A stretch of 55,523 nt of DNA, filler included, from Candidatus Woesearchaeota archaeon (GCA_016180285.1; 5 parts of 5 records of this genome joined end to end with filler, not necessarily neighbours in it); one strand, 5' to 3'. Positions 28,298 to 38,626 are shown, counted from the first letter of the whole stretch. A program made the numbers and translations. Notes: generated by a model not told the origin, from the sequence alone.

Positions 28298-29650
28298 TTA
28301 AAACTTAAACCCTTTCGGCATTTTGCCCTGGAATTTCTTCATTAACTTTTCAGGAGATCCCTGGCCTTTCAGCATTTTGACAAGCTTTTTGCTCTGCTTG
28401 TACTGCTTTACAAGCTCCCTTACAATGCTTGTTGAGCATCCGCTTCCCTTTGCTATTCTTTCTGTTCTTGCAGAATCTATTATTTCAGGATCCTCAAGCT
28501 CTTCCTTAGTCATAGAGTTCATTACATAGCGCCATTTCTTAAGCTTGCCTTCCTGCACCTGCAGCACGTCTTTTGGCAATTGCAATTGCGAGAATCCTGG
28601 AATCATCTCCATTACCTTGCTTATTGGCCCCATTTTAGACATCGCTTCCATCTGCTCATACAGGTCAATAAGATTGTACTCTCCCTTCAGAAACCTTTTG
28701 CCCAGATCCTTTGCTTCCTCTTCTGTTATAGCATCTTTTGCTTTCTCTAATAATGCCTCTAAGTCCCCCATGCCCAATAATCTGCCGACAAAGTTTTTCG
28801 GCTTGAATTCCTCCAAAGCATCTATCTTTTCTCCCACTCCGATAAATTTAACATTTGCTCCTGTAACTGCGCAGGCAATCAATGCGCCGCCGCCTTTTGC
28901 TGTTCCGTCGAGCTTTGTAACAATAACGCCAGTTACATTGCATGTTTCATGGAATTTCTTTGCCTGCGATTCAGCTGCCTGGCCTAAATCGCCGCCTATT
29001 GTCAATAGCACTTCATCAGGCTGAACTTTTTTGTTGATATTGTTCAATTCCTCGATCAGATCATCAGATAAGGCATCCCTTCCTGCAGTGTCTATGATGG
29101 CAACATCGTATTTTTTTATGTTTTTTTCAAATTCAGAATAGATTTTTATCGGATCCTTTTCTTTCTTTATGCCGTAGAAATCAACATTAATCTGCTTTGC
29201 TAATTGTTCTAATTGCTCATAAGCTGCTGGCCTCCAAGTGTCAGTCTGTACTACTGCAATTTTCAAGCCGCGCTTCTGAAAGAATTTTGCCAGTTTCCCT
29301 GCTGTTGTTGTTTTTCCATTTCCGAACAGGCCGACAAGCATTATTTTGAAAGGCCTTTTTGTGATGTCTATTTTTGCCCCTTCTCCGCCTAAGAAATTGG
29401 CCAGTTCATCGTAAACGATCTTTATCAGATATTCTTTCTTTGTCAATCCAGAAGGAGCTTCTTCTTTCAATGCCCTTTCTTTTATTTTCTTTGTAAGATC
29501 AAAGACAAGCTTTACATTGACATCCGCTGCCAATAGCGCTTTTTGTATGTCTTTGATTAATTCATTGATCAGCCTTTCATCTACAAAAAGTGCTTTTGTT
29601 ATTTTCTGCAATGTGTTTCTTAATGCAGAACCGAGGCTGTCTAAGACCAT
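28298..29650 (-). CDS. srp54: Signal recognition particle protein SRP54
   Basis: GLFGNGKTTT, DTWRPAA, DTAGR, TKLDGTAKGGG, M domain with RIAKGSG. Confidence 0.98.
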   Translation of the reverse strand: MVLDSLGSALRNTLQKITKALFVDERLINELIKDIQKALLAADVNVKLVFDLTKKIKERALKEEAPSGLTKKEYLIKIVYDELANFLGGEGAKIDITKRPFKIMLVGLFGNGKTTTAGKLAKFFQKRGLKIAVVQTDTWRPAAYEQLEQLAKQINVDFYGIKKEKDPIKIYSEFEKNIKKYDVAIIDTAGRDALSDDLIEELNNINKKVQPDEVLLTIGGDLGQAAESQAKKFHETCNVTGVIVTKLDGTAKGGGALIACAVTGANVKFIGVGEKIDALEEFKPKNFVGRLLGMGDLEALLEKAKDAITEEEAKDLGKRFLKGEYNLIDLYEQMEAMSKMGPISKVMEMIPGFSQLQLPKDVLQVQEGKLKKWRYVMNSMTKEELEDPEIIDSARTERIAKGSGCSTSIVRELVKQYKQSKKLVKMLKGQGSPEKLMKKFQGKMPKGFKF

Positions 29651-29698
29651 AGGGTATAAGAATGAGTTTTGGTTTATAAATGTTTTCTAGAACTTTTA

Positions 29699-31618
29699 TT
29701 AAAACTTCACACTTATTTCTTTCTTCTCTATATTCTCTTTAACCTTTTTGATAAAATCATCAACATTCAGATCCGCAAGCTTTCCGTCCAATGTCCTTAC
29801 TGCAACTGTTTTGTCCTTAACTTCCCTCTCGCCGACAGTTATGATCACCGGGATCTGCTGCACCTGCGCATCTCTTACTTTCTTCGGAATGGACTCTGCC
29901 CTTAAGTCAATGTCAGCTCTTAAGCCATGCTCCTCGAATTTCTTTTTCAGTTCCAAGGCATAGTCATTGAACCTGTCTGCAACAGTCAGGATTATGATCT
30001 GCAAAGGGCTGATCCATAACGGGAATCTTCCTGCAAAATGCTCTATTAAAACTCCGATAAACCTTTCAAGGCTGCCATAAACAACTCTATGAAGTATAAA
30101 CGGCCTGTGCTGCCTTCCATCTTTTCCTTCATAAGTTATGTCAAGCCTTTCCGGAAAGTTAAAATCAACCTGTATTGTGGAGCACTGCCATTTTCTTCCA
30201 AGAGCATCTGCTATCTGAACATCTAATGAAGGGCCGTAGAACTTTGCCTCGCCAGCCAATATATTGAAAGGTATTTTTAATTTATCTAATGCATTCTTCA
30301 ACGAGTCTTCTGCTTTCTTCCAGCCAGCATCATCTCCGATATATTTGTCTTTTTTCTCTTCGCTTCTGACAGACAGTGTAAAGAAATATTTTTCAAAGCC
30401 AAATACAGCAAGCATCTTCTTGATTAATAAGATTACATTCACTATCTCATCTTCAAGCTGCTCAGGAGTGCAAAATATATGCGCATCATCCTGCGTGAAA
30501 GCCCTTACCCTGAACAAGCCGTGAAGCACTCCGCTTAATTCATGGCGATGCACGTGCCCAAGCTCGCCTACTCTTAAAGGCATCTCCCTGTAAGAATGCA
30601 CTTTTGTCTTGTAAATAAGCATTCCGCCCGGGCAGTTCATCGGCTTTATAGCATAATCCTGCTCATCAATCCTTGTTGTGTACATCATATCTTTGTAAAG
30701 CTTCCAATGCCCGCTCCTCTCCCATAGCACTCTGTTCAGCATTGTTGGTGTGCTTACTTCAATATAGCCTGCTTTCCTGTGCTCTTCTCTCCAATAATTA
30801 ATAAGCTCGTTTCTGAGAATCATTCCATTATTGTGCCAGAAAATAAATCCAGGGCCTTCTTCATGCACTGAAAATAAGTCTAGCTGCTTTCCGATTATTG
30901 TATGGTCTCTCTTCTTCGCTTCCTCGATCATTTTAAGATAATCATTGAGCTCTTTTGCTTCGGGGAAGCTTATTCCATATATTCTCTGTAATTGCTTGTT
31001 TTTAATGTCGCCTCTCCAATATGCTCCTGCAATCTTTGTCAGCTTGAATGCCTTTATCTTTCCTGTTGATGAAACATGAGGTCCTCTGCACAGATCAATA
31101 AAATCACCCTGCCTGTATGCTGTCAAGTCTTTCCCAAGCTCCTCAATCAGTTCAAGCTTGTAAGGGTTGTTTTTGAACAGCTTCTGCGCTTCTGCTTTTG
31201 TCAATTCTATTCTTTCAAGAGGAAGATCCTGATTTACAATGTTGTGCATCTTTTCTTCTATTTTCTTCAGGTCTTCAGGCTTGAAAGGATCTGCGTCAAA
31301 ATCATAATAGAATCCTTCCTCTACAATAGGGCCTATAGTCGGCTTTACTTTAGGAAATAGCTGAATAACAGCATGAGCTAAAACATGGGCTGTGCTGTGC
31401 CTGAATATTTCTGTGCCTTCCTTGTCCTTGAATGTTATGACCCTGAAGCTGCAGGATTCTTTTATTGGGGTGTTTAAATCTATTAATTTGTCATTGATCT
31501 TCGCAGCCAATGCAGCTCTCGCTAATCCTTCCCCGATGTCTTTCTTTATGATCTCTATCGGAGTGATGCCTTCCTTATATTCTCTTTTTGTTCCATCCGG
31601 AAAGGTTATTTGAACCAT
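29699..31618 (-). CDS. thrS: Threonine-tRNA ligase, bacterial-type
   Basis: TGS domain, RHSTAHVLA and DLCRGPHV editing motifs, KPMNCP, FTQDDAHIF. Confidence 0.98.
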   Translation of the reverse strand: MVQITFPDGTKREYKEGITPIEIIKKDIGEGLARAALAAKINDKLIDLNTPIKESCSFRVITFKDKEGTEIFRHSTAHVLAHAVIQLFPKVKPTIGPIVEEGFYYDFDADPFKPEDLKKIEEKMHNIVNQDLPLERIELTKAEAQKLFKNNPYKLELIEELGKDLTAYRQGDFIDLCRGPHVSSTGKIKAFKLTKIAGAYWRGDIKNKQLQRIYGISFPEAKELNDYLKMIEEAKKRDHTIIGKQLDLFSVHEEGPGFIFWHNNGMILRNELINYWREEHRKAGYIEVSTPTMLNRVLWERSGHWKLYKDMMYTTRIDEQDYAIKPMNCPGGMLIYKTKVHSYREMPLRVGELGHVHRHELSGVLHGLFRVRAFTQDDAHIFCTPEQLEDEIVNVILLIKKMLAVFGFEKYFFTLSVRSEEKKDKYIGDDAGWKKAEDSLKNALDKLKIPFNILAGEAKFYGPSLDVQIADALGRKWQCSTIQVDFNFPERLDITYEGKDGRQHRPFILHRVVYGSLERFIGVLIEHFAGRFPLWISPLQIIILTVADRFNDYALELKKKFEEHGLRADIDLRAESIPKKVRDAQVQQIPVIITVGEREVKDKTVAVRTLDGKLADLNVDDFIKKVKENIEKKEISVKF

Positions 31619-31727
31619 ATTACTGGCTTTTTTATTCTCACATTTATAAATTTTTAGTTTGTTTGAATAAGCAAGGGAATTAGGAACCTTTTTAAGCGCG
31701 CATTTTTACAGATTCATTCGTGATAAA

Positions 31728-32324
31728 ATGAGAACAAAGATCAACAGGGCATTATTCAGGATCAAGCAGTTCAACAAGATAGCTGAGATAGATGAAATAG
31801 CAAGAAGGTATCTGGCAATGAACAGCTTTGACGGTGTTCTTGCGATCCTTGGAATTCTTTTGGCAAGCTTTTTCGCAGATATAAGATCAAGAAGCATGGT
31901 GATAACAGCTTCATTGGGAATAGCGGTAGCCATAGCTGTTTCAGGATTTTACGGGACATTTATAACAGAGAAGGCGGAAAGAACAGGAAAAATAAAAAGG
32001 CTTGAGAAAAGCGTTGGCATGTTTCTTAAAGAATCCCAGATTCAGAGCGCGCACAGCTTTGCCACGCTCGCGCTTGCAGCAATTGACGGGCTTTCGCCGT
32101 TTCTTATAGCGATAATTATAGTGATGCCGTTTTTTATAGCCAGCAGCATAACTTCGGCATATTACATGTCTTTTGCCCTGGCTGCATTATTCCTATTCCT
32201 TGTAGGAGCATTCCTGGCAAGGATCTCAAAAGAAAACATGTTTATTGAAGGAACGAAGATGGTGATAGCAGGAGCTGTCTGCACAATAATTATATTCTTC
32301 GTTGAAATGATGACGAGGGCATAA
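31728..32324 (+). CDS. VIT1/CCC1-like membrane protein
   Basis: RRYLAMNSFDGVL, SGFYGTFITEKAE, about five TM segments. Confidence 0.8.
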   Translation: MRTKINRALFRIKQFNKIAEIDEIARRYLAMNSFDGVLAILGILLASFFADIRSRSMVITASLGIAVAIAVSGFYGTFITEKAERTGKIKRLEKSVGMFLKESQIQSAHSFATLALAAIDGLSPFLIAIIIVMPFFIASSITSAYYMSFALAALFLFLVGAFLARISKENMFIEGTKMVIAGAVCTIIIFFVEMMTRA

Positions 32325-32363
32325 AACGCAAAATTATTAAACTGAATAAAAAACAAACTTCTT

Positions 32364-32708
32364 ATGCCGTACAAGCAGGTTATTTTGGCCAGGGAAGATC
32401 TAAACTTGCCCAAGGGAAAATTAGCAGCCCAGGTAGCTCATGCCTCTGTTGCTTCTCTTATTAAGTCGCACAAAGAGGATATTGCAAAGTGGAAGAATGA
32501 AGGGATGAAAAAGGTTGTTCTGAAAGTCAAGGATCTGGGTGAGATGATGAAATATAGAAAAGAATCTCAGGATGCGGGCTTAGTTACGGCTCTGATAACT
32601 GATGCCGGCAGGACTGTTGTAGAGCCGGGAACAATAACATGCCTGGGAATTGGGCCGGATAAGGAAGAGAAGATCGATAAGATAACCGGAAAGCTGAAGA
32701 TGCTGTGA
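32364..32708 (+). CDS. pth2: Peptidyl-tRNA hydrolase Pth2
   Basis: GKLAAQVAHAS, KKVVLK, DAGRT, GIGP. Confidence 0.97.
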   Translation: MPYKQVILAREDLNLPKGKLAAQVAHASVASLIKSHKEDIAKWKNEGMKKVVLKVKDLGEMMKYRKESQDAGLVTALITDAGRTVVEPGTITCLGIGPDKEEKIDKITGKLKML

Positions 32709-32790
32709 TTTTCATTCCCCAAATAATTGCTTTACTCGTTTCTTCGATTTCACCATAAGATTTATAAATGAATGGCTTTTTCCATAAATT

Positions 32791-33078
32791 ATGAAAAAAT
32801 TTATGTTCGCAACATTGGTTGTTTTGGGGATGTTAAGCTTAATGCTTGCAATTAACCCCTTTAATCTTATTGTCAGCATTGCGCAGATCTTTAATTTTAA
32901 TGTTGTTCTTGTTCCAATGTACATCATTCCGATTGTTAATGTTTTGTTTGTTTTGAATTCATTCTCTTATGTTTATCTGACATCAAACGGCAGGAACAAC
33001 CATAAAAAGAAGAGCGCATTTTCTTTCAAGAAAATGATCGACTCTGCGATTAATTTCTTGTTTGAGGAAGAAGAGTAA
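32791..33078 (+). CDS. Small hypothetical membrane protein
   Basis: Two hydrophobic segments; TTTATAAA about 25 bp upstream. Confidence 0.65.
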   Translation: MKKFMFATLVVLGMLSLMLAINPFNLIVSIAQIFNFNVVLVPMYIIPIVNVLFVLNSFSYVYLTSNGRNNHKKKSAFSFKKMIDSAINFLFEEEE

Positions 33079-33786
33079 TCATTTCTTTTTCTTCATTCTG
33101 CTGATGTGATGCCTTAATTTTTCAAAAATATTTTTAGAAGCAGCTTCAGCTGCAGACGCCCCTTTCTCCAGGCCTTTTTCAACTAATTCCCTGCCTGCAT
33201 TGAATGTTTTCTTTATCCTGGGGCCATACCATTCCATTACAGCATCAACATCAGTTATCCTGCTCAAGTATTTCTCAATGAAAACAACATTTTCAATTGT
33301 ATATCGCAGTGGCTCTGGCGGCTTTTCATCAGCATAGCCTATTGTGATAATTGCCTGCGGCCTTGCATAATCCGGAATGCCGCATGTTCTTTTCACAGCT
33401 TCCTCTTCAAATGCGCCGACCCAGCAAGCGCCTAAGCCAAGGGCATTAGCTGCCAGAAGCATGTTTTCAACTGCAGCTGCGCAATTCTGTATTGCATACA
33501 GCCTTTCCCCTCTGACTCCATAGAACTGGACAGCCCTTTCAAGGACAGTGCAGACAACAATATGGACAGGGGCATCAGCCATCCAGTACTGCTGCAGAGA
33601 GGCTTCTGCCAATGACCTTCTTTTATCAGCTTCTGTTACAACAATGAATTTCCAATTTTGCAGATTCCCGGAAGAAGGTGCATATCTCGCAGCGTCTAAG
33701 ACCTGCCCTATCTTATCCCATTCAACAGGAATTGTCAAATACTTCCTGACAGAACGCCTTGTCCTTATGCATTCAAAAATGTCCAT
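33079..33786 (-). CDS. Nitroreductase family protein
   Basis: RRSVRKY, APSSGNLQNWKF, LGLGACWVG. Confidence 0.93.
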   Translation of the reverse strand: MDIFECIRTRRSVRKYLTIPVEWDKIGQVLDAARYAPSSGNLQNWKFIVVTEADKRRSLAEASLQQYWMADAPVHIVVCTVLERAVQFYGVRGERLYAIQNCAAAVENMLLAANALGLGACWVGAFEEEAVKRTCGIPDYARPQAIITIGYADEKPPEPLRYTIENVVFIEKYLSRITDVDAVMEWYGPRIKKTFNAGRELVEKGLEKGASAAEAASKNIFEKLRHHISRMKKKK

Positions 33787-33880
33787 TTTACCTCTTTTAG
33801 AGAATATTTAAATATTACTTATATTTATATTTATTGATAATGTAAAGTGAACCTGTAAAGTATGCATTTGCAAACAAAAA

Positions 33881-34132
33881 TCGGAAAAATAACACCACCA
33901 ATGGCTGTCGCATTTTTGCTAAAGCAAAAATGCTCGTTCGCCATACCACAACCCTATACTTCGCTTCGCTCGTATAGGAACGTGGTATGTCTCACCAGCC
34001 TTGGTGTTATTTTTCCTCAATAAGAAAAAATCCAGCCATGACGCCGACGAGGCAGGGGACGCTCCCTACGGGATGCCGAGTAGGACAAAACGAAGTTTTG
34101 TCCGTAGGCGTCATGGTTGGCTGGATTTTTTC
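33881..34132. repeat. Twin branched-hairpin intergenic element
   Basis: Perfect 15-bp IRs at 33883-33897/34002-34016 and 34024-34038/34118-34132, each enclosing nested hairpins. Confidence 0.85.
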
Positions 34133-34200
34133 AGAATGAAATGTATAGTTAACTTTATTAAAAGATAAACAATTCACTATACTTGAACAAGAGGCAACAA

Positions 34201-35880
34201 ATGAAATACTCAGAATTAGTTGAAATCTATGAAAAGCTGGAAGCGACAACAAAACACCTTGAAAAAACAGCTATTATTGAGGAGATTCTTAAAAAAGCAA
34301 AAGCCGATGACCTGAAGGATATTGTTTACTTGCTTGAAGGCAGAGTTTTCCCGGAGTGGGATGAAAGGAAAATCGGCTTCAGCAATAGGCTTGTGATTAA
34401 AGCAATAGCAAGCGTAAGCGGAGCAAGCGCCAAGGAAGTGGAAAGCCTGTGGAGCAAAAAAGGAGATCTCGGCATTGTCGCAGAAGAACTGATGAAAAAG
34501 AGAAGGCAGTCTGCATTGCGCTTCAGGGAGTTAAGCGTCAGCGATGTCTTGTTAAACATAAGAAAACTGGCGGAAATGGAAGGCGAAGGAACAGTTGCAA
34601 GAAAAATCTCATTAATCACAGAGCTGCTCAGCAATGCAAAGCCGGCTGAAGTTAAATATATAGTAAAAACTGTTTTGGAAGAATTAAGAGTGGGAACAGC
34701 AGGAGGCATTATAAGGGATGCGATTGCAAAGGCATTTGATAAAAATGTTGAAGATGTTGAAAATGCATTTAACTTGCTTGTTGATTATGGAGAAACAGCG
34801 TTGCTGGCAAAGGAAAACAAGCTTGGTAAAACACAGCTGAAGCCTGGCAGGCCATTGAAAGTAATGCTGGCGGTTCTTGTTAAAAATATTGAAGAGGCGT
34901 TCGAAGCATTGGGAAAGCCTATGCAGCTGGAGAATAAGCTTGACGGCTTCAGGCTGCAGATCCATTTCGACGGAAGAGAAATCCTGCTGTTCACAAGAAG
35001 AATGGAAAACGTAACTGCGCAATTCCCAGATGTTGTCAGCGCTGTTAAAGATCATGTAAAAGGGAAAAGCTTCATAATAGATGCCGAGGCAGTTGGCTAT
35101 GAAAGGAAAACAGGAAAATACCTTCCGTTCCAGTCAATATCCCAGCGGATAAAGAGAAAATATGACATTGAAGATATGGCGAAGAAATTCCCGGTTGAGC
35201 TTAATGTGTTTGATGCAATGTATCATGAGGGAAAGGATTTGATGGACCTTTCTTTATTGAAAAGAAGAGAGGTTGTTGAAAAAATTGTAAGGGAAGAAAA
35301 AGGCAAGATAATTCTGACTAAAAAGCTCATAACTGATGATGACAAAAAAGCTGAGAAGTTCTATAAAGAAGCCCTTGACTCCGGTGTTGAAGGGGTTATG
35401 CTGAAAAATGTAAATTCTCTTTACAAGCCAGGACGTTATGTTGATGGATGGTGCAAGCTGAAGGAAGTGCTTGAGCCGCTTGACTTAGTCATAGTTGGAG
35501 CAGAGTGGGGGGAAGGCAAAAGAGCCAAATGGCTGAGCAGCTATACAGTTGCATGCGAGAAAGACGGGAAGCTGATTGAAATCGGCAAGGTAAGCACCGG
35601 GATGAAGGAAAAAGAGGAAGAAGGAGTAACTTTTGAGCAGCTGACAAAGATTCTTAAGCCACTGATAATTTCCCAGAAAGGCAAGGAAGTTGCTATAAAG
35701 CCGCAGATTGTGATTGAAGTTGGCTATGAAGAGATACAGAGAAGCCCGACTTATGCGAGCGGATATGCCTTGAGATTCCCCAGAGTTTTGAGATACAGGC
35801 CTGAAAAGCCAGTTGATGAGATAGCAAATATTAAGGTTGTTGAGAAGATCTACGAAAGCCAAAGGGGCAAAAAGAAGTAA
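34201..35880 (+). CDS. lig: ATP-dependent DNA ligase
   Basis: ENKLDGFRLQ (KxDG), EGVMLK, WCKLK, LDLVIVGA, ALRFPR. Confidence 0.98.
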   Translation: MKYSELVEIYEKLEATTKHLEKTAIIEEILKKAKADDLKDIVYLLEGRVFPEWDERKIGFSNRLVIKAIASVSGASAKEVESLWSKKGDLGIVAEELMKKRRQSALRFRELSVSDVLLNIRKLAEMEGEGTVARKISLITELLSNAKPAEVKYIVKTVLEELRVGTAGGIIRDAIAKAFDKNVEDVENAFNLLVDYGETALLAKENKLGKTQLKPGRPLKVMLAVLVKNIEEAFEALGKPMQLENKLDGFRLQIHFDGREILLFTRRMENVTAQFPDVVSAVKDHVKGKSFIIDAEAVGYERKTGKYLPFQSISQRIKRKYDIEDMAKKFPVELNVFDAMYHEGKDLMDLSLLKRREVVEKIVREEKGKIILTKKLITDDDKKAEKFYKEALDSGVEGVMLKNVNSLYKPGRYVDGWCKLKEVLEPLDLVIVGAEWGEGKRAKWLSSYTVACEKDGKLIEIGKVSTGMKEKEEEGVTFEQLTKILKPLIISQKGKEVAIKPQIVIEVGYEEIQRSPTYASGYALRFPRVLRYRPEKPVDEIANIKVVEKIYESQRGKKK

Positions 35881-35895
35881 AATAAGAAACATTAA

Positions 35896-36279
35896 TTAGT
35901 ATAATACACCGCCATCAGTCCACCATGGCCCTGACGTTTGTAATGAACAACGATACTCGTCAAATCTATCCTGTTCTTCAGCATAAATTTTTGCAAATTT
36001 TCTAGACCATTTCTTAGATAAAATTTCATAGGTAAACCCCTCTTTTTCAATGGACTTCGCAACTATTCTGTATCGCAGGTGGTTTGAAACTAGACTGGCT
36101 GTTGCACAAATAACAGTTAAACTAGCATATTTTAAAACACCATTATTAGGTCTAACTCCCATTTGATGAGAAGCAAGTAAATGATCTAGCGATATTAATA
36201 AAGCACTAGAAGATGCTATTGTAGTTAGAGTAGCGCATACGGGGTTTGATTTAAAATACCTTTTTAATGCTCCAAACAT
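35896..36279 (-). CDS. Hypothetical protein with two hydrophobic segments
   Basis: ATG ORF of 127 aa with an upstream TATA-like element. Confidence 0.6.
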   Translation of the reverse strand: MFGALKRYFKSNPVCATLTTIASSSALLISLDHLLASHQMGVRPNNGVLKYASLTVICATASLVSNHLRYRIVAKSIEKEGFTYEILSKKWSRKFAKIYAEEQDRFDEYRCSLQTSGPWWTDGGVLY

Positions 36280-36341
36280 TTTAGTATGTAATTAGGAACT
36301 TACTAATCACTATATAAACTTTGTTAAAAAGTTAGGCATGC

Positions 36342-36441
36342 NNNNNNNNNNNNNNNNNNNNNNNNNNNNNNNNNNNNNNNNNNNNTTAATTAATTAANNN
36401 NNNNNNNNNNNNNNNNNNNNNNNNNNNNNNNNNNNNNNNNN
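36342..36441. other. Artificial contig linker
   Basis: N44-TTAATTAATTAA-N44. Confidence 0.99.
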
Positions 36442-36807
36442 GCCTTCATCCTTGCCACCCATCACAAAATGGGAAACTCCTGGAATCATGCTCATTTTCC
36501 TTATATTTGAGTAAACTAAGCGTGAGAAAAGGTTTGCAGCCTCTTTTACAGTAGCTTCTTTTCCTGTTCTTATCTTTTTAAGCCTAAGCTCTGATTGGGC
36601 ATATCTTATGAGCAATTGGGCATCTGAGGCTGTTCCGGCCATTGTAACTGCAATATTATCTGTAACTTTATGTATTTTTTCTGTCTTTTTGCTGGCTATC
36701 AAGTAGCCTGCTGTTGCTCTTTTGTCTGCTGCAAGAACAATCCCGTCTTTGCAGAGTATGCCGACTGTTGTTGTTCCAGTTTTCATTATGTTTTCATTTT
36801 TGTCCAT
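36442..36807 (-). CDS. psmB: Proteasome beta subunit, 3'-truncated
   Basis: KTG/TTTVGI propeptide junction, LAADKRAT, GTASDAQ. Confidence 0.96.
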
Positions 36808-37020
36808 TTTAACCAGAATTCCCCTCTTATACTAAGGTATAAATGGCGAGTATTTAAATATTGCGGTTTTATATCAGTTTCTACTATTAAATAGCTACAA
36901 AATAAAAAAATCGAAAGTTATTTAAATAAGGTACACTATACGTAATACATAATAATCCCAGTATAGAGATAAGATTGTAAAAAAGAGAGATAAACTAACT
37001 TTATCAAGAGGTGAGCTGCG

Positions 37021-37236
37021 ATGGAAAATATAAGAAAAATTGAAAGCATAAATGTAGTTAGAAAAGGGGACTTGCCAGAAGAAGTTAGGTTGGATAAGGG
37101 AATCTATGACACCAATGGATTTGTAGAGATAAGAGTGGAAAGAGAGAATCCCGCATTTATAGAAATTAAAGATATGGGTGCAGAATCTCCTGGAAAAAAA
37201 TTCAGTAGATTACTGAGGGAAGCAGGGATAAGATAA
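37021..37236 (+). CDS. Hypothetical 71-aa protein, possible antitoxin
   Basis: GAGGTGA SD; directly upstream of a PIN-like gene. Confidence 0.7.
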   Translation: MENIRKIESINVVRKGDLPEEVRLDKGIYDTNGFVEIRVERENPAFIEIKDMGAESPGKKFSRLLREAGIR

Positions 37237-37249
37237 GGGGATGTAATAT

Positions 37250-37720
37250 ATGGATAGCGAAGATGTAATTGTTTCTGATGATTCCATATTTCGTGCTTTA
37301 TCAAGCGATGACCTTGATTTATTGGAATGTGGCCAATTAATAATTGAATTTCTTACGTGGAGGGGGAATTGTAAGAAAATAGTCACCATTCCAAAAATAT
37401 ATAATAGCATATATGCTCAAGTTAAAGACCATGGTGAACTGAGAGCTTATTTTGAAAATTATTTTGAATCCGCAACATTCATCGGGATGTCCGAAAAAAA
37501 TCCAGATGACAGAGAGTTTTACACATTACTCTTTAGTTTATATTTAGGTGGCAATTTGATGATTTTCGTCAGTAATGACTCCAAATTATTAGGCACAATA
37601 AAAGAAGCAAAAGTTCCTAAAACAGTCTTCAAAACAATACACGAATTTAGGTCTTTCTTGCAGTCAAAAAAAGATTTTTGGGACTTTATCTTTTACAAGT
37701 ATTACGATTCATCTGCTTGA
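37250..37720 (+). CDS. PIN-like domain protein
   Basis: VIVSDDSIF, PDDREF and IFVSNDSKL acidic motifs. Confidence 0.55.
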   Translation: MDSEDVIVSDDSIFRALSSDDLDLLECGQLIIEFLTWRGNCKKIVTIPKIYNSIYAQVKDHGELRAYFENYFESATFIGMSEKNPDDREFYTLLFSLYLGGNLMIFVSNDSKLLGTIKEAKVPKTVFKTIHEFRSFLQSKKDFWDFIFYKYYDSSA

Positions 37721-37800
37721 TCTTTTCTATTTTTTATATCACTTAACTTAAAACATCATGGTTTGATGATGTTTGTACCGAACATTTACTTTACAACTAA

Positions 37801-38595
37801 TCAGCTCATCTCAACGCAAATCTTTGCCCCAAGCTTCGAGGTCATGCTGTTAATGTCTTTTTTCGGGTTTATTTCAGATATATCGAGGGCTTTAATGTTT
37901 TTTAGGAATTTCAGCCTTTGTAGAAAATAAATCAGTTCTCTTGAAGTCAAGCCGCCTGGCTCAATATAGCCTGTTCCAGGTGCAAAAGCCGGATCAACAG
38001 CATCTATGTCTATGGAGATATACAGGGCATCAAAGTTTTTTGCTATCGACATTACTGCTTCGCAGCTTTCATGCAGGCCTTCTTCAGTTATTTCCTTCAT
38101 GTTAAAGAATCTTATTTTGTTCTTTTTTAAGAATTCGAGCTCATTGCTGTGCCAGTTTCTAATGCCGACTAGGATTATATTAGCTGCTTTTATTAAATTC
38201 TCATGTATCATCGCAGGCAGCAAGTCCTCCTGAGTCGGCGGCATGAAATAGTCCTCTGCATCAGGATGCGCATCAAATATTATGATGCCCGGATTCTTGT
38301 TAAATGTATTCGAGAACGCCCTTGCAATAGGGTAAGTTATTGAGTGGTCTCCGCCAATAAATGCTGCTTTTTCATTTTTTGCGAAGATATCCATTGCCTT
38401 ATTGAATATGTTTTTGTTTGTTTCCTCCAGATTGGAGCTTGCAACCTTGACTTCATCTATTTCAAAGACAGGCAGCTCGGCATTTTCATTCAAAAACAGG
38501 TCACGGGCCTGTTTTATAACTTCATCTGGAGCAAGCTCTGATCCGTCTGACTTTCCCAGCCCTCCCTGCGAAGAGGGGATTTTGATTAGTTTCAT
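37801..38595 (-). CDS. Arginase/agmatinase family ureohydrolase
   Basis: GGDHSIT, FDAHPD, SIDIDAVDPAFAPGTG. Confidence 0.93.
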   Translation of the reverse strand: MKLIKIPSSQGGLGKSDGSELAPDEVIKQARDLFLNENAELPVFEIDEVKVASSNLEETNKNIFNKAMDIFAKNEKAAFIGGDHSITYPIARAFSNTFNKNPGIIIFDAHPDAEDYFMPPTQEDLLPAMIHENLIKAANIILVGIRNWHSNELEFLKKNKIRFFNMKEITEEGLHESCEAVMSIAKNFDALYISIDIDAVDPAFAPGTGYIEPGGLTSRELIYFLQRLKFLKNIKALDISEINPKKDINSMTSKLGAKICVEMS

Positions 38596-38626
38596 TATGT
38601 GAAGAAATGCAATATTATTTAAAAAA

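Noticed and set aside
33881..34132. SRP RNA or RNase P RNA (srp54 is on the same contig)
   Set aside because: I find neither the SRP helix-8 motif nor the RNase P GAGGAAAGUCC P4 motif on either strand.
34007..34252. 81-aa minus-strand ORF over the hairpin element
   Set aside because: Overlaps the lig start and runs through palindromic DNA; no protein-like features.
37751..37778. dif-like 11-6-11 inverted repeat
   Set aside because: Lacks the conserved ATAA-N6-TTAT core; better explained as a hairpin between convergent genes.
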